Source: a virus. From it: a stretch of DNA of 64,000 nt. The DNA is taken from the IMG/VR virus record IMGVR_UViG_3300037483_001170, positions 32,001-96,000 of that record, one strand, 5' to 3'. How positions within the stretch are numbered: the first letter of the stretch is position 1; every line of letters starts with the position of its first letter. The notes under the pieces were generated by a model. The model was not told the origin of the DNA. It saw only the letters and a program-made list of their open reading frames with translations, and made no database searches. This document shows positions 45,500 to 55,481 of the stretch, piece by piece. A program made the translations under genes and the position numbers.

Positions 45500-45939
45500 T
45501 AGCGCTTCCTCAGCAGCCAGTCGACGAACGTCTGGTTGCCCAAGGAGTTGGCGCGGCGCTCTCGAATCCTTTCGATGACGGCGTGGGCCGGAAGGCCTGA
45601 CTGGATGAGGTACTCGGCGACGACGGTTGCCGACCGATTCCTGCCGGCCGCACACGTCACGAGGACGCTGTGCCCGCACTGCCGCGCTTGCGCGACGAGC
45701 TTTACCGCACGCAAGATCTCTGGCACCTGCGGCTCGATGTCGCCATTGTCGTTGTCATCCAGTCGGGCGTGCTCCACGCGGCGCCCTTGCACGACATCGC
45801 CCGCCGACACCAGCTCCCAAGCCACGTTCATCACGAACCCGAATTCCTGAAGCGGCTCGCCATACGCGAGCAAGCCGCCGACGGCGATCTCGTCGCTCAC
45901 GAACGAGTACGGGGCAAATGGCATGAGCAGGCGCTTCAC
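45499..45939 (-). CDS. Dual-specificity protein phosphatase family
   Basis: VLVTCAAGRNRSATVVAEYL (Cx5R), LDD acid loop, NQTF. Confidence 0.85.
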   Translation of the reverse strand: MKRLLMPFAPYSFVSDEIAVGGLLAYGEPLQEFGFVMNVAWELVSAGDVVQGRRVEHARLDDNDNGDIEPQVPEILRAVKLVAQARQCGHSVLVTCAAGRNRSATVVAEYLIQSGLPAHAVIERIRERRANSLGNQTFVDWLLRKR

Positions 45940-46766
45940 GGGGCACCCCATCGCCGCGGCTTGTACCCTGTATCATCCAGAAGCGGCTCATCCGCTTCCA
46001 ACGTCTCCGCAATCTCCAGCGCCAGCTCCGACGTGTCGAGCGCCGCCTGATGTGCGCGCTTGATGTCGCCGACCGTCAACGCGGACGTCACGTCGTACGC
46101 GGCGCGCACGAGCGCCCAGGCCGTCCCAGCCACGGTACGCGCCGGTGCGACCGGCACGACTACCTTGGCAGGCGCCGTCGGCAAAACGATGCTTGCGAGC
46201 TGCGACGCCAGCGTCACCTTCAACGGCGGGTGACGACGGCTCGGCGGCACACGACGCTCGCGAATCTGCTCCAGAGTGAGATCTTCATTCGCGCGCGCGC
46301 CGTTACACGGCGCACACATCGTTCGCATGTTTTCGAGCGTGCCCGGACCGCTCAAGCTCTTCGGACGGATGTGGTCTTTCGTCATCAAGACCAGAACACC
46401 GTCTTCCTCCGCGTAGAGATTGAAGTGTGCCGCATGCGCTGCCTTCTCGTCCGCTGGCGCGTCCAAGATCAGCCTGGTTCCTTCCAGGCCGCAGGCGACG
46501 CAGGCCCGGTTCTGCTTGAAGAGCCGATACCTCACGCTGCCCAGCTTCACCGAGTACACCCGACCGGCCACCGTGTAGTCCCGGCGCGGCTCGACGCGTC
46601 GTAGCTCGGGGGACTCCCGCCACTCGACCTCGTCAACGACAAACGGTAAGACGGCGTCAAGCGCGAACTCCGCCAGATGCGTCACGCCCGAAACGTGAAC
46701 GCGGCCAGTCAGAGCGCTAGACGCGTCTGTGGCGGCGGCGCGACATTCGACAGCGCTGTCAGACAT
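45936..46766 (-). CDS. HNH endonuclease
   Basis: CVACG, HFNLY, MTKDHIRPKS, ENMRTMCAPCN. Confidence 0.85.
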   Translation of the reverse strand: MSDSAVECRAAATDASSALTGRVHVSGVTHLAEFALDAVLPFVVDEVEWRESPELRRVEPRRDYTVAGRVYSVKLGSVRYRLFKQNRACVACGLEGTRLILDAPADEKAAHAAHFNLYAEEDGVLVLMTKDHIRPKSLSGPGTLENMRTMCAPCNGARANEDLTLEQIRERRVPPSRRHPPLKVTLASQLASIVLPTAPAKVVVPVAPARTVAGTAWALVRAAYDVTSALTVGDIKRAHQAALDTSELALEIAETLEADEPLLDDTGYKPRRWGAP

Positions 46767-47467
46767 TGCACCCCGGGATACCCCGAAAGACGGGCATGTG
46801 CAAGCTCAAGCGACTTCAGCGACAGATCGTTGCCCCAAAAGCTACGGCCGGCCTTGAGCGCCGCCTCGCCTGCCGATGCGCTCCCCATGAACGGATCGAT
46901 GACGATCTCACCGGGCTGCGTGCTCTGCTCGATCAGGATGCGGTTCAGCTCGACCGGCTTCTCGGTCGGGTACCGTCCCCGCACCTTCGGCACTGGAAGG
47001 ACGTCGCAGATCGAGAGACTATTCAGCTTTCGCTTCCCCTTCTCGAAGAAGAGGATGAACTCCCTGCTGGAGCGCCAGTGGTAACCGAGCCCAGGATCGA
47101 GCTTGCAGCGATTCTTCGAGCCTACCTTGACCCAGACGAGCGACTTCCAGAACGTGAACCCGGCGGCGCGGCCTAGTGGCTTCACGACGTCCGCTGTTTC
47201 TTCATCGCAGAAGAAGTAGAGATGGCGGTCCTTCTTTAGGACCCGGTAGCACTCGCGGAGAAAGCCTGGGAAGTAGCTGTTCTGCACCACGTCAAACCAG
47301 GCGTTGCTGCTTCCGTCGCTGACCTTCAGGCGCGTGGTCGTGCCAACCTTTCGGTGTTTTTCGAGCGAGGCGTATGCCGGATCTGTGTCAATCAGGTCAA
47401 CGCTGGCGTCCGGCAGCGTTCTCAGCCACTCCGTCGCATCGCCTTGATGCAGCCACAGATCGCTCAT
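46709..47467 (-). CDS. N6-adenine/N4-cytosine DNA methyltransferase (beta class)
   Basis: DLIDTDPAY, YPTEKP, VIDPFMGSAS. Confidence 0.9.
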   Translation of the reverse strand: MSDLWLHQGDATEWLRTLPDASVDLIDTDPAYASLEKHRKVGTTTRLKVSDGSSNAWFDVVQNSYFPGFLRECYRVLKKDRHLYFFCDEETADVVKPLGRAAGFTFWKSLVWVKVGSKNRCKLDPGLGYHWRSSREFILFFEKGKRKLNSLSICDVLPVPKVRGRYPTEKPVELNRILIEQSTQPGEIVIDPFMGSASAGEAALKAGRSFWGNDLSLKSLELAHARLSGYPGVQCLTALSNVAPPPQTRLAL

Positions 47468-47886
47468 GGCGCCTGTCTCTGTTTCTCCGCAAAGATCTCG
47501 GCAGCACGGTTCACGCACGGCTCGCAGATGTACACGGCCTCTCCGCATACGAGCCGGGCTCGCTCTCCGCAGAACGAGCAGTGCCCGTCGACCAGGCGTA
47601 CGCTGTCGTCCGCCGCAAACGCCTTTCGTTTCGCCCGCCACTGCTCTAGCGTCTGCGCATCGAACGGCGGACTTTCGCGGAGGTTGGTCTCCACGCCGCA
47701 TGCCGCACACGTGAACGACCACATCTGGTCCAGGTCTCGACCCATGAAAGACCGCTCCCACGTGTACACGTCAGCCTGCTCGACAAGCAGAGTGGCGCCA
47801 CAGCCGCCGCCGTCGCGGCCCTTGCCTGTGCACTCGAACTCCTTGGCCCAGCCCTTCTGCGCCCTACCAGGCTTCAGGACCTTCAT
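47464..47886 (-). CDS. Protein with ClpX C4-type zinc finger
   Basis: HCSFCG...VYICEPCVNRAAEI; additional GCGA..CAACG. Confidence 0.7.
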   Translation of the reverse strand: MKVLKPGRAQKGWAKEFECTGKGRDGGGCGATLLVEQADVYTWERSFMGRDLDQMWSFTCAACGVETNLRESPPFDAQTLEQWRAKRKAFAADDSVRLVDGHCSFCGERARLVCGEAVYICEPCVNRAAEIFAEKQRQAP

Positions 47887-48314
47887 TCGTTGGCCCTACC
47901 GTTCCCTGCATCCAGACGACGCTGCACGATCGCGCCCATACGTCTGAACTCCTCTTTCCTCTCTTCGAGGGCTGCGACCATGCCATTGCAGAGCTGGACC
48001 AGGCGCTCTTTCGTGACGAAATCGTCTCCTTCGCGCGGTGGATACGATATGACCTGGCAGAAGTCCTTTGAAGTGCCAGTCGTGGCCGGATGGTCTGTCA
48101 GCCTGACCTTCAGACAGAAGACGAGATCGTACGACCTCACGTCCGACGCGAACTCGGCAACCAGATCTCTGCCATATCCATGCGTGTAATGATGGTGCGT
48201 GTTGCCCAGCTTCATGCTGATGTCGTACGGACCTGTGGTCGGCAGGTCTTTCAGTACCGTATCGGCATCGGCGATGGTCTTGATGTCCTCGCCGTCAACC
48301 TTGATCTTCGTCAC
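47883..48314 (-). CDS. Hypothetical protein
   Basis: Coupled ORF. Confidence 0.55.
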   Translation of the reverse strand: MTKIKVDGEDIKTIADADTVLKDLPTTGPYDISMKLGNTHHHYTHGYGRDLVAEFASDVRSYDLVFCLKVRLTDHPATTGTSKDFCQVISYPPREGDDFVTKERLVQLCNGMVAALEERKEEFRRMGAIVQRRLDAGNGRANE

Positions 48315-48514
48315 GAGCCGTCTCCCTTGTCGCCGCCGAGCAGCCCCACCTGGTTCAGGTTCGCATCCGGCGAGATCGCCTCCGCCAGCTCACGAATCGG
48401 CCGCTTCATCTTCAGGATGCGCTTGCCGGCCTCGGCGAGAACATGCACCGCGACCTTGTCGAGCCCTGATAGCTCCATCCTGGCCGCATGCTTCACTGCG
48501 TCGTCGAGGGTCAC
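48311..48514 (-). CDS. Hypothetical protein
   Basis: Coupled ORF. Confidence 0.5.
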   Translation of the reverse strand: MTLDDAVKHAARMELSGLDKVAVHVLAEAGKRILKMKRPIRELAEAISPDANLNQVGLLGGDKGDGS

Positions 48515-49104
48515 TCTCCACTCCCCAGCATCGGCATCCAGGGCGCCGTTCCTGTCCGGTACGACTCCGCCAGTGCCGGCAGCGCCTGGGAGCCCACGGT
48601 CTTGCCGTTCGGCATCAGCATGTCCGCGAGGAACTCGCGCTCGACCGTCGAGTCGCCGGTCGCGATCATCTCCAGCTTCGCCTTCACGAGCAGCAGCTGT
48701 GCACGCCAGCGGCGGCGCTCTTCAGCCGCAATCCAGTGCGCTGCGCGATCGCCCTCGCTCTTCTCGTGCTTCGCCAGCTCGCGCGCGTACTCCGCAGCGA
48801 GCTTCCTGTCACGCTCTTCGCGCAGCGTTTTCTCCCGAGCGCTTTCCCACTTCTTCGGCTTCGTCAGCGCGGGCTCAACCGGCGCCTGCTTCTTTTTCGG
48901 CGCCTGCTCGCGGCGCGGCGTCCGCACTTCAAGACGGAACATTCGCTCCGCGAGCTTGAAGCCCACCATCGACGAGCCCGTCTTCTCATCCGAGGCGGAG
49001 AAGAATGCGGTCGCGCCGTTCTTCTTGAGCAACAGCTCGATCTCGGCGCGCGACTTCTCGACCGTCACCGATGTGCCGTCGGCGTAGCGCCTGGGTCCAG
49101 TCAC
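48511..49104 (-). CDS. Phage-type hypothetical protein
   Basis: YADGTSV..SRAEIE..RWRAQLLLVKAKLE..EREFLA..PNGKTVG. Confidence 0.7.
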   Translation of the reverse strand: MTGPRRYADGTSVTVEKSRAEIELLLKKNGATAFFSASDEKTGSSMVGFKLAERMFRLEVRTPRREQAPKKKQAPVEPALTKPKKWESAREKTLREERDRKLAAEYARELAKHEKSEGDRAAHWIAAEERRRWRAQLLLVKAKLEMIATGDSTVEREFLADMLMPNGKTVGSQALPALAESYRTGTAPWMPMLGSGE

Positions 49105-49565
49105 GACCGCTCCTTGAACGCGAGCTTTTCGCCGCATCCCAAGCGCAGGGCGTGCGGCAGGCACACCTGGTGCTCACCCGTGCGCGGCGGATAGTCCTCG
49201 TATTGAGACCAGGTGCAGCCCTCGACCTCGCACTTCGGGATCCGAGCGTTTTCTTCTGGCGTCCTACGCCAGTACCCCTGGTCGCCGCGGAACGTAATCG
49301 CTGGCGGCGGCGCGTTGCCTTCTGTACTCACCGGCGGCCTTTCATGAGGGACTGGATGACTTGCATGGTCAGCTCGCTATCGTGACGTCGCCGCTCCAGC
49401 GCCGCCGGCAGATCTGGTTCATTCGCCAGCGCAATCAGCTTCGACGCCTGAGCGTGCTCGTACGCAGCGCGTTCTTTCTTATCGCGTGCCCACAGCTCGT
49501 CTGCAAGCCTACGAAGCTCTGCCGCCTCAGCGCGTAGCTCTGCCCGCTTGACGGCGTGCGGATCG

Positions 49566-49922
49566 CTAGTCATCAAGGACGACGACCCGCAGCTCGTCTC
49601 GAAGCCGCTTCAGGTACCCAGTGTCCGACAGTGCAACGCGGCCGACCTTCGGATCGTGGTACATCATCTTCGTTCGATACGGCATGTTGTCGCCTGGAAA
49701 ATCATCGTGGCCGTACCAGCGGGCTTGCTCCTCCTGATCTGGGCGCTCCGCGGTGGGCTCGTACGGCTCTGCCCACATTTTGAAACCGCGAGCGAATGCC
49801 TGGCACTGCCGGATCGCCTCCTCGTCTGTATAGGCCGTAATCCGGTACGCGTCCGGCGTCTGCTCGTTGTACTCGTCGGTCACGACGACGACGTAGTCTC
49901 TTGCCCGCTGCTCGTCCGTCAT
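49566..49922 (-). CDS. Hypothetical protein
   Basis: ATGA-coupled ORF. Confidence 0.5.
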   Translation of the reverse strand: MTDEQRARDYVVVVTDEYNEQTPDAYRITAYTDEEAIRQCQAFARGFKMWAEPYEPTAERPDQEEQARWYGHDDFPGDNMPYRTKMMYHDPKVGRVALSDTGYLKRLRDELRVVVLDD

Positions 49923-50314
49923 GCGCACTCCAGCTTCGGATCGTCGTAGTCCGACTCGGAACCGTGGTTCGCGTCGACCAGTGGGCCCGCCTTCGCCTCC
50001 AGCGCGCCGTGCTCGATCAGCCACGTCGTGAGGTCGTCCTGATCGGCCACGGTCACGGGTCCCACGTTCCTGTTCGTGCCGTATCGACGGTTGCACTGCG
50101 TGCACCGGCGACGGGTGCAGAGGCGATGGACGAACGCACCCGTATCAGGGCCGCCGCCGATACCAAGCTGACGACTTTCCACGAAGTCGATCATGTCCAT
50201 CAGCAGCGTATCGTGATGGTCCGGCGTCCACTCGATCGGGAACCGCGCGATGAGCATGAACCCGAACTCAGCGTACTCGCCGACCTTCCGCTTCTTTCGC
50301 AGCCGACGCCTCAT
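49919..50314 (-). CDS. YggL/DUF469-like protein
   Basis: RRLRKKRKVGEYAEFGF...IGGG...GPLVDA. Confidence 0.7.
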   Translation of the reverse strand: MRRRLRKKRKVGEYAEFGFMLIARFPIEWTPDHHDTLLMDMIDFVESRQLGIGGGPDTGAFVHRLCTRRRCTQCNRRYGTNRNVGPVTVADQDDLTTWLIEHGALEAKAGPLVDANHGSESDYDDPKLECA

Positions 50315-50549
50315 GTCCGCCTCGCAATGCGCCTGAACAGCGCCTCCAGCGGATCGCACTCCAGAAAAAGCGCGAGCGTCTTGTTCCGTACATCACTAGC
50401 GCTCGTGAGCTGCGCAAGCGCCTCGCGTACCTCGGGCGACATGCGCTCCACGATCTCGCCCGGCACGCCGGTCGGCGGCCTCATCTTTGACTGGCGCGTC
50501 CGCCACCAGAGACCACGATCGATCGTCAGGCGAAGTGCGTCGTCAGGCC

Positions 50550-50882
50550 TCACGTACTTGCCCCATACTTCTTCTGGAGCGCCGCGAGCGTGTCGCGTTC
50601 ATCCTGCTCTTTTTTCGTCGCCCGTGCGGCTCTACGCGCAGCAGCGACCTCTTCGCGCCAGACGTCCAGCGGCACGAGAACGCTCGCGCCTATCTCGTAG
50701 ATCTCTACAGACTCGCGCTCCGACTCGCCAGACGTCCACTCGCTGACCTGATCTTTATCAGCGCGTAGCCGCTCCAGGCAGTCATCCATCGATTCGGCCC
50801 TCATCATGTCCACTCGGACGCCACAGCCGATCGTGTAGTCGCAGCCGTTCGCCTGTCTCTCGACGATCAGAAAGTTCTTCAT
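50550..50882 (-). CDS. Hypothetical phage protein
   Basis: GCDYTIGCG; C-terminal LQKKYG. Confidence 0.6.
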   Translation of the reverse strand: MKNFLIVERQANGCDYTIGCGVRVDMMRAESMDDCLERLRADKDQVSEWTSGESERESVEIYEIGASVLVPLDVWREEVAAARRAARATKKEQDERDTLAALQKKYGAST

Positions 50883-51703
50883 CCGCACGCCCTCCGCACA
50901 ATGCCCGGGCTTGGAGCGTCGAGGCCATCGCCCGTGAGCACCAGGCCCTTCGCGATCCACGGTCGCGCCAGCCGGCGCGACAGTAGCGCAACGTCTTGGT
51001 GCGCTAGCAGCTTCGCCAGCTGGCCCTTGGACACCACTTCGGCGAGCGCCTGTACGCGAGCCGGATCGTAGACCTCGTCGAGCGTGTTGAAGTCGCGCAG
51101 CAGCTTCGCTGCCGTCTTCGCGCCAAAGCCAGGCACGCCGGGAATCCCGTCCGCCGTATCACCCACCAGGCCGAGATAGTCGTACAGCTGTCGCGGCTGG
51201 ATGCCGAAGCGCTCCACGAATGTCTCGCGCGTGACGTCCGCGCCCTTCATCGGATCGTGGTAGCCCACGTTCTCGAACGCGAGACAGCCGAGCAGGTCCT
51301 TGTCCGACGACACGACGACATAGCGCGCGCCGGCCTCCTGGCCCAGAAGCGTGACGATCAGATCGTCAGCTTCGTACGCATCACGTTCGATGACAGCAAC
51401 GCTCACGTCCTTGAGCGCCTCGAAGAACCGCGGCGCCTGCGCCGCGAACACCGGATAGTGCGCCTTCCGCTCGGCCTTGTAGGCCGGATACTCAGCGCAG
51501 CGCAGCGATGGGACAATCGAATCCCGGACAACTGCCATGCGTTTCACGTCGAGCTTCTCCATCGTATTCGCGAGCATGCCGCACGCGTGAGCGATGAACT
51601 TGTCGTCAGTCGTCGGTGTCGTCGCAGCAGTGTCGCCGTAGACGACGTACATCGCGCGATGCAGGTAGGCTGCGATGTCGAAGAGGAAGATGGGGTCGGA
51701 CAT
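50879..51703 (-). CDS. 5'-3' exonuclease / flap endonuclease
   Basis: YPAYKAERK, YEADD, SSDKD, LVGDTADGIPGVPGFGAKTA. Confidence 0.92.
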   Translation of the reverse strand: MSDPIFLFDIAAYLHRAMYVVYGDTAATTPTTDDKFIAHACGMLANTMEKLDVKRMAVVRDSIVPSLRCAEYPAYKAERKAHYPVFAAQAPRFFEALKDVSVAVIERDAYEADDLIVTLLGQEAGARYVVVSSDKDLLGCLAFENVGYHDPMKGADVTRETFVERFGIQPRQLYDYLGLVGDTADGIPGVPGFGAKTAAKLLRDFNTLDEVYDPARVQALAEVVSKGQLAKLLAHQDVALLSRRLARPWIAKGLVLTGDGLDAPSPGIVRRACG

Positions 51704-51911
51704 CCCTACGGCACCCAGTCGGGAGTCCGGCCGACGTAGCCATCGACCGCGCTGGCGCTGACCGCGGACGATGGCTTCCAGATGACGATCGCGTCCTTCG
51801 GGCCGGTCTTGGCCTTTCGGATCACGGCGAGCGCCTCGTCGACGCTGACCGGATCGCGCTCGTCGAAGAACGCGTAGGAGCCGCCGCATCGGAAGTAGTT
51901 GTTCGTCGCCA

Positions 51912-52377
51912 TCAGCCGTCTTTCTTCTGTCGTCGAGCGTCGTCGAGCCCGTATGCCGCGATGAGTCGCACGTCGAACTCGCGCGCGGCGATTAGCAATG
52001 CTTGCGTGCCCTTGCGATCGCCCTTCGCCCACGCCTCATCGGCCTGCTTACGTCGGTCGGCAGCCTCCGTGCGCAGGCTCTCCAGATGATAGGAGTCGAT
52101 CATCTGATTTAGCGCGCGGATGATCGTGTCCGAGTGACGCACGCATGGAAGCTCGCCTATCTCCCCTAGAGCTGCCATGCGCTCGGCGCGACGCTCGTCA
52201 GCGCTCAATGCGGCGGCCGTCTGTCCGTCCCGCATCTCCTCGTAACGCTGAAGAAGCACGATGAGCTTCTCGTCGATCCTGTATGTAGCCTGGCCCACCC
52301 GGTCGATGTCCTGCCGAAGCACATGGGTGTCTCCGCTCACAAGCGCGGCCCGGAGCGACGACACCCATGCGTCCATT
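51912..52377 (-). CDS. Hypothetical protein
   Basis: Helical ORF in operon orientation; start uncertain. Confidence 0.45.
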
Positions 52378-52395
52378 TCGGCAGAGGTCACGCGT

Positions 52396-52806
52396 TCACT
52401 TCTTCGGAGCAGACGGGAAGTACTTCGTCGCGCGCTTCTGGCCCTTGCGGGAGATGAGCTTCGCCGCGAGCAGCTTCTTGATCGGGAGAGCAAGGGCCGC
52501 GGTGCCGATCTTCAGGCCGGGGCCGATCTGCTCCACGCCCTGACCCGGGTTGGCCTTGATGTACTCGCCGGTCGCGTTCACCAGCGAAGCGAGCGCCTCT
52601 GGATCGCGCTTCTGGCCCGTCTTCCCGGTCACCGCACGCTTTCCGTGACCGTTGCTGCCGTTCGTACGGTGAACCTTGCCAGTCGTCGGGCCGCCGATGG
52701 CCGAGAGCGCCTTCATCGCATCCTGGAGGCCCTCCTGCCTAGCGATGACGCTGAGCCTGGTAGCAAAGGACTCGATCTCGGCACGAATCTGAGAGGAAAC
52801 GGTCAT
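52396..52806 (-). CDS. Basic wHTH DNA-binding protein of a type I associate with Polyangia myxobacteria
   Basis: GQKRDP..YIKANPGQGVEQI..LALPIKKLL..KGQKRATKYF. Confidence 0.65.
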   Translation of the reverse strand: MTVSSQIRAEIESFATRLSVIARQEGLQDAMKALSAIGGPTTGKVHRTNGSNGHGKRAVTGKTGQKRDPEALASLVNATGEYIKANPGQGVEQIGPGLKIGTAALALPIKKLLAAKLISRKGQKRATKYFPSAPKK

Positions 52807-52917
52807 GGTCTGGAACTCCAGTCTTGTATGGTGTGCAACGCTTGCACGCTCGCGGCCATCATAACCGCCATGATGGAACATGCAAGTTCCGTCTCGACTA
52901 ACGGCCTCCCGCGCGCT

Positions 52918-53490
52918 TCAGAAGGGTATGGCAGCGCCGAGAATCTCCTTCATCTGGAGATCGCCGAGCGCCGCACGAATGGTCGCCAGCTGACCTTCGG
53001 CACACCTTAGCTTCACGCTACTCTCCTTCAGTGCAGCACGGTGCTCCACGAGCGCGGCGTTAAGAGCGCGAAGGTTCGTGTCCGCGCGAGAGCGCTCGCG
53101 CTCCACCTGCTTCTCGGACTCCGCGAGCGCGTCGGCTACCTTCTCGCTGTCCTTGACGAGGGTTTCGATCTGCGCGTTCAGGCTGCGCGTGCAGTCTTCC
53201 AGGTCTTGAATCTTCAGACGAAACTCTGCCGCCTCGGTCTCGCGGCTCTTCACAAGAAGGAAGCGAAGCACCGTGCCGATTTGCTCGCCGCGCACCTCAG
53301 GCGTGGTCGTCCAGCCATTCGACTGCGAGCTGTACTCCGCAGCCTTCACCACGTACGAAATAGGCGCAGAACACGGCAACGGCCGCACAAGCCGCCAGCC
53401 GTCGCGCGTAAAACGCTCCAGGTTCCCCTCGTCCGTCACCGTGTGCGTGCCGTCCTCGTACACGATGCCGGCCCCGTTGCAGTCGTTCAT
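52918..53490 (-). CDS. Coiled-coil hypothetical protein
   Basis: ATG 53490 after TTGACG-18-AAGGGT, whose spacer contains the palindrome. Confidence 0.6.
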   Translation of the reverse strand: MNDCNGAGIVYEDGTHTVTDEGNLERFTRDGWRLVRPLPCSAPISYVVKAAEYSSQSNGWTTTPEVRGEQIGTVLRFLLVKSRETEAAEFRLKIQDLEDCTRSLNAQIETLVKDSEKVADALAESEKQVERERSRADTNLRALNAALVEHRAALKESSVKLRCAEGQLATIRAALGDLQMKEILGAAIPF

Positions 53491-53572
53491 GGCCTCGACC
53501 CTTGCACAGGTGTCCGACACGCGTCAAGAGCTTCCGACACACTTTTCTGGGACCCGTGCTACGGTTGCCCGC

Positions 53573-53815
53573 ATGTCGAAGTACGCGATCATCCATCGCG
53601 AGCGCGGGCTGCTGGAAGTCGTCGACGGATCCCGCGCCGACGCCTTGCGAGCGGCCTCAGACCTAACGGACGGTCCGGTCTGGTTCGACTGCGAGAACGG
53701 CCAACAGCTGTTGGCCGACTACGTGAGCGGTGGGATCCCCTTCACCGCGTACGACATCGTCGTCATCCCCTGCGAAGACCGTAGCGGGCTTCTCGTGACG
53801 ACCAGCCGCGGCTAA
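53573..53815 (+). CDS. Hypothetical protein
   Basis: Divergent ORF after TACGGT. Confidence 0.5.
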   Translation: MSKYAIIHRERGLLEVVDGSRADALRAASDLTDGPVWFDCENGQQLLADYVSGGIPFTAYDIVVIPCEDRSGLLVTTSRG

Positions 53816-53821
53816 GATGCG

Positions 53822-55444
53822 TTAGGCCTCGCTCTCGTTGTCCGCTTCGCGAGTCAGCTCGTCAGCGTACGATTCGTCGTGCTGATCGGCGGTATCGTCC
53901 GGCTCGCCTGCGTCAGCGTCATCGTCAGCGTCGTCCATTCCCGTCAGGCACGCAAGACGCTTCAGGTCCACGGTAGAACTGGCGCTTGTAGCGACGACCT
54001 GAGCAAGGATCTGAGCGCAATAGTCGCCCGCTTTGTACGTGGGGTCCGGTATGCCGAGGCTCTTCTCCCACGACCGCATGTACGACTCGATGTTCTCCCG
54101 GCCGACGGGATTCGCCGAGTGCACGTACCACCTGGGCACGCCATAGCCATTCTCGAACAGCCAGCGCAGAAACCGTACCGCGTCGTAGCGTTCGTCCGGG
54201 CGCTTGGCGTCACATCCGAGATCGTGATCCAGCGCCATCGTGTTCGGCAGCCCGTACTCCTCGACCATGCGGATGGCGTGGTCGACCGACTTCGCCCAGC
54301 GCCAGTCGACGTCTAGCAGGCCGTTCTCGACATACTGCGCGTACCGGGTGCCGAGGCATGCCTCGCCATTGTCCGGAGCGAGTACGACGCGCGGGTCGCG
54401 CTCGTCATCGAGCCACAGGTACCACGTGCCCTGCTCGCGCTTCACGCGCTCGGCATTCCGCGTCGACTCCTTCTCGCAGAGAACGCGTGCGGCGGAAATG
54501 CCCGCCATGATGCCGTCCCGCGTCATGGCGCGGTCGGCGATCGTGCCGTCATTCACGAACGCGCGAAAGATCTCAGAGTCGGTCATGAGCTGGAACGCAG
54601 GCAGACGCGTGCGCCAGCCGGCAGGCGCCGACCAATGACGGTCCTGAGCGTGCTGCCATCGCCACCGCTGCGTCGAGAGACGCTCCTCCGGCGACATCAA
54701 CCGCCCATAGTCCGAGAGCACTTCGGCCGCAAACGCGTCCAATCCAGGAACGCCGGGGCCATCGAGACGCGAGTCCACGAGAGAGACATTCGAGAGCCAG
54801 CCGTCCACAACCGCTCGCACCGTATCAGGCGGCGGCGGCTTACCGCTCACCTGGTCGCACGCGCTCAACAGCATCGCCGACAGCTCTCGCAACGGCAGAC
54901 TGAACACGGCCGACGGCACTGCCTGGCGCCAAGGGTTCTCAGTGGCCAGAGGTTCGCCGTCGACATGAACGCGAATCCGACCGCGCGGCCGCTTGTCCGA
55001 TCCCTCCACCACCACCAGGTACTCACCGCCGCCGAACCTCTTGGCGATTTCCTTCTCTGTGGTCAGCCGATCTCGATAGCCCTCGCGATGAACCGGCCCA
55101 TGGTCGAGCCAGTCCCTCTCGACGAAGCCGGGACGAGCGCTCGGCAGCGACCGCTTGTAGCCTGGCACGCGATACAAGGTCCATTCGAGGCCAGGCCCCT
55201 CGTAGCCATCCAGGAAATCGGCGAGTGTCTTAGGCCCGAAAGCCTCGGCCTCCATCTCGCACGTCTTCTCCGGCCACAGAGCGCCGAGACGCCTGGCAGT
55301 CCTGTCCCAGCCCAGCTCATGGTCTCCGCTGTCTTCGAGCGCCGAGATCGCCTCCGTACTGTCCCAGGCCGGCAAGAACTTGTCTCGCCCGCCGAAGATG
55401 CTGGACGAGAAGATCCCGCCGTAGTCGTCATCCCAGTCGGTCAT
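53822..55444 (-). CDS. Multidomain protein with C-terminal cyclic-phosphate-processing receiver-like domain
   Basis: LWLDDERDP, WAKS, ALDHDLG, VHSANPVGRENI; GGAGG RBS. Confidence 0.75.
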   Translation of the reverse strand: MTDWDDDYGGIFSSSIFGGRDKFLPAWDSTEAISALEDSGDHELGWDRTARRLGALWPEKTCEMEAEAFGPKTLADFLDGYEGPGLEWTLYRVPGYKRSLPSARPGFVERDWLDHGPVHREGYRDRLTTEKEIAKRFGGGEYLVVVEGSDKRPRGRIRVHVDGEPLATENPWRQAVPSAVFSLPLRELSAMLLSACDQVSGKPPPPDTVRAVVDGWLSNVSLVDSRLDGPGVPGLDAFAAEVLSDYGRLMSPEERLSTQRWRWQHAQDRHWSAPAGWRTRLPAFQLMTDSEIFRAFVNDGTIADRAMTRDGIMAGISAARVLCEKESTRNAERVKREQGTWYLWLDDERDPRVVLAPDNGEACLGTRYAQYVENGLLDVDWRWAKSVDHAIRMVEEYGLPNTMALDHDLGCDAKRPDERYDAVRFLRWLFENGYGVPRWYVHSANPVGRENIESYMRSWEKSLGIPDPTYKAGDYCAQILAQVVATSASSTVDLKRLACLTGMDDADDDADAGEPDDTADQHDESYADELTREADNESEA

Positions 55445-55481
55445 CGCGATCCTCCGGCGAGCGCCCAGCTCGCGCCCGAGA

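Noticed and set aside
46709-47467. HNH + methyltransferase as a restriction-modification system
   Set aside because: Both look like common stand-alone phage types. Adjacency alone is insufficient, though it is not excluded.
30213-49630. TGTCNGACA copies at 30213, 38774 and 49622 as operators
   Set aside because: They are mid-CDS and explained by Ser-Asp codons (for example the conserved NAMPT VSDS).
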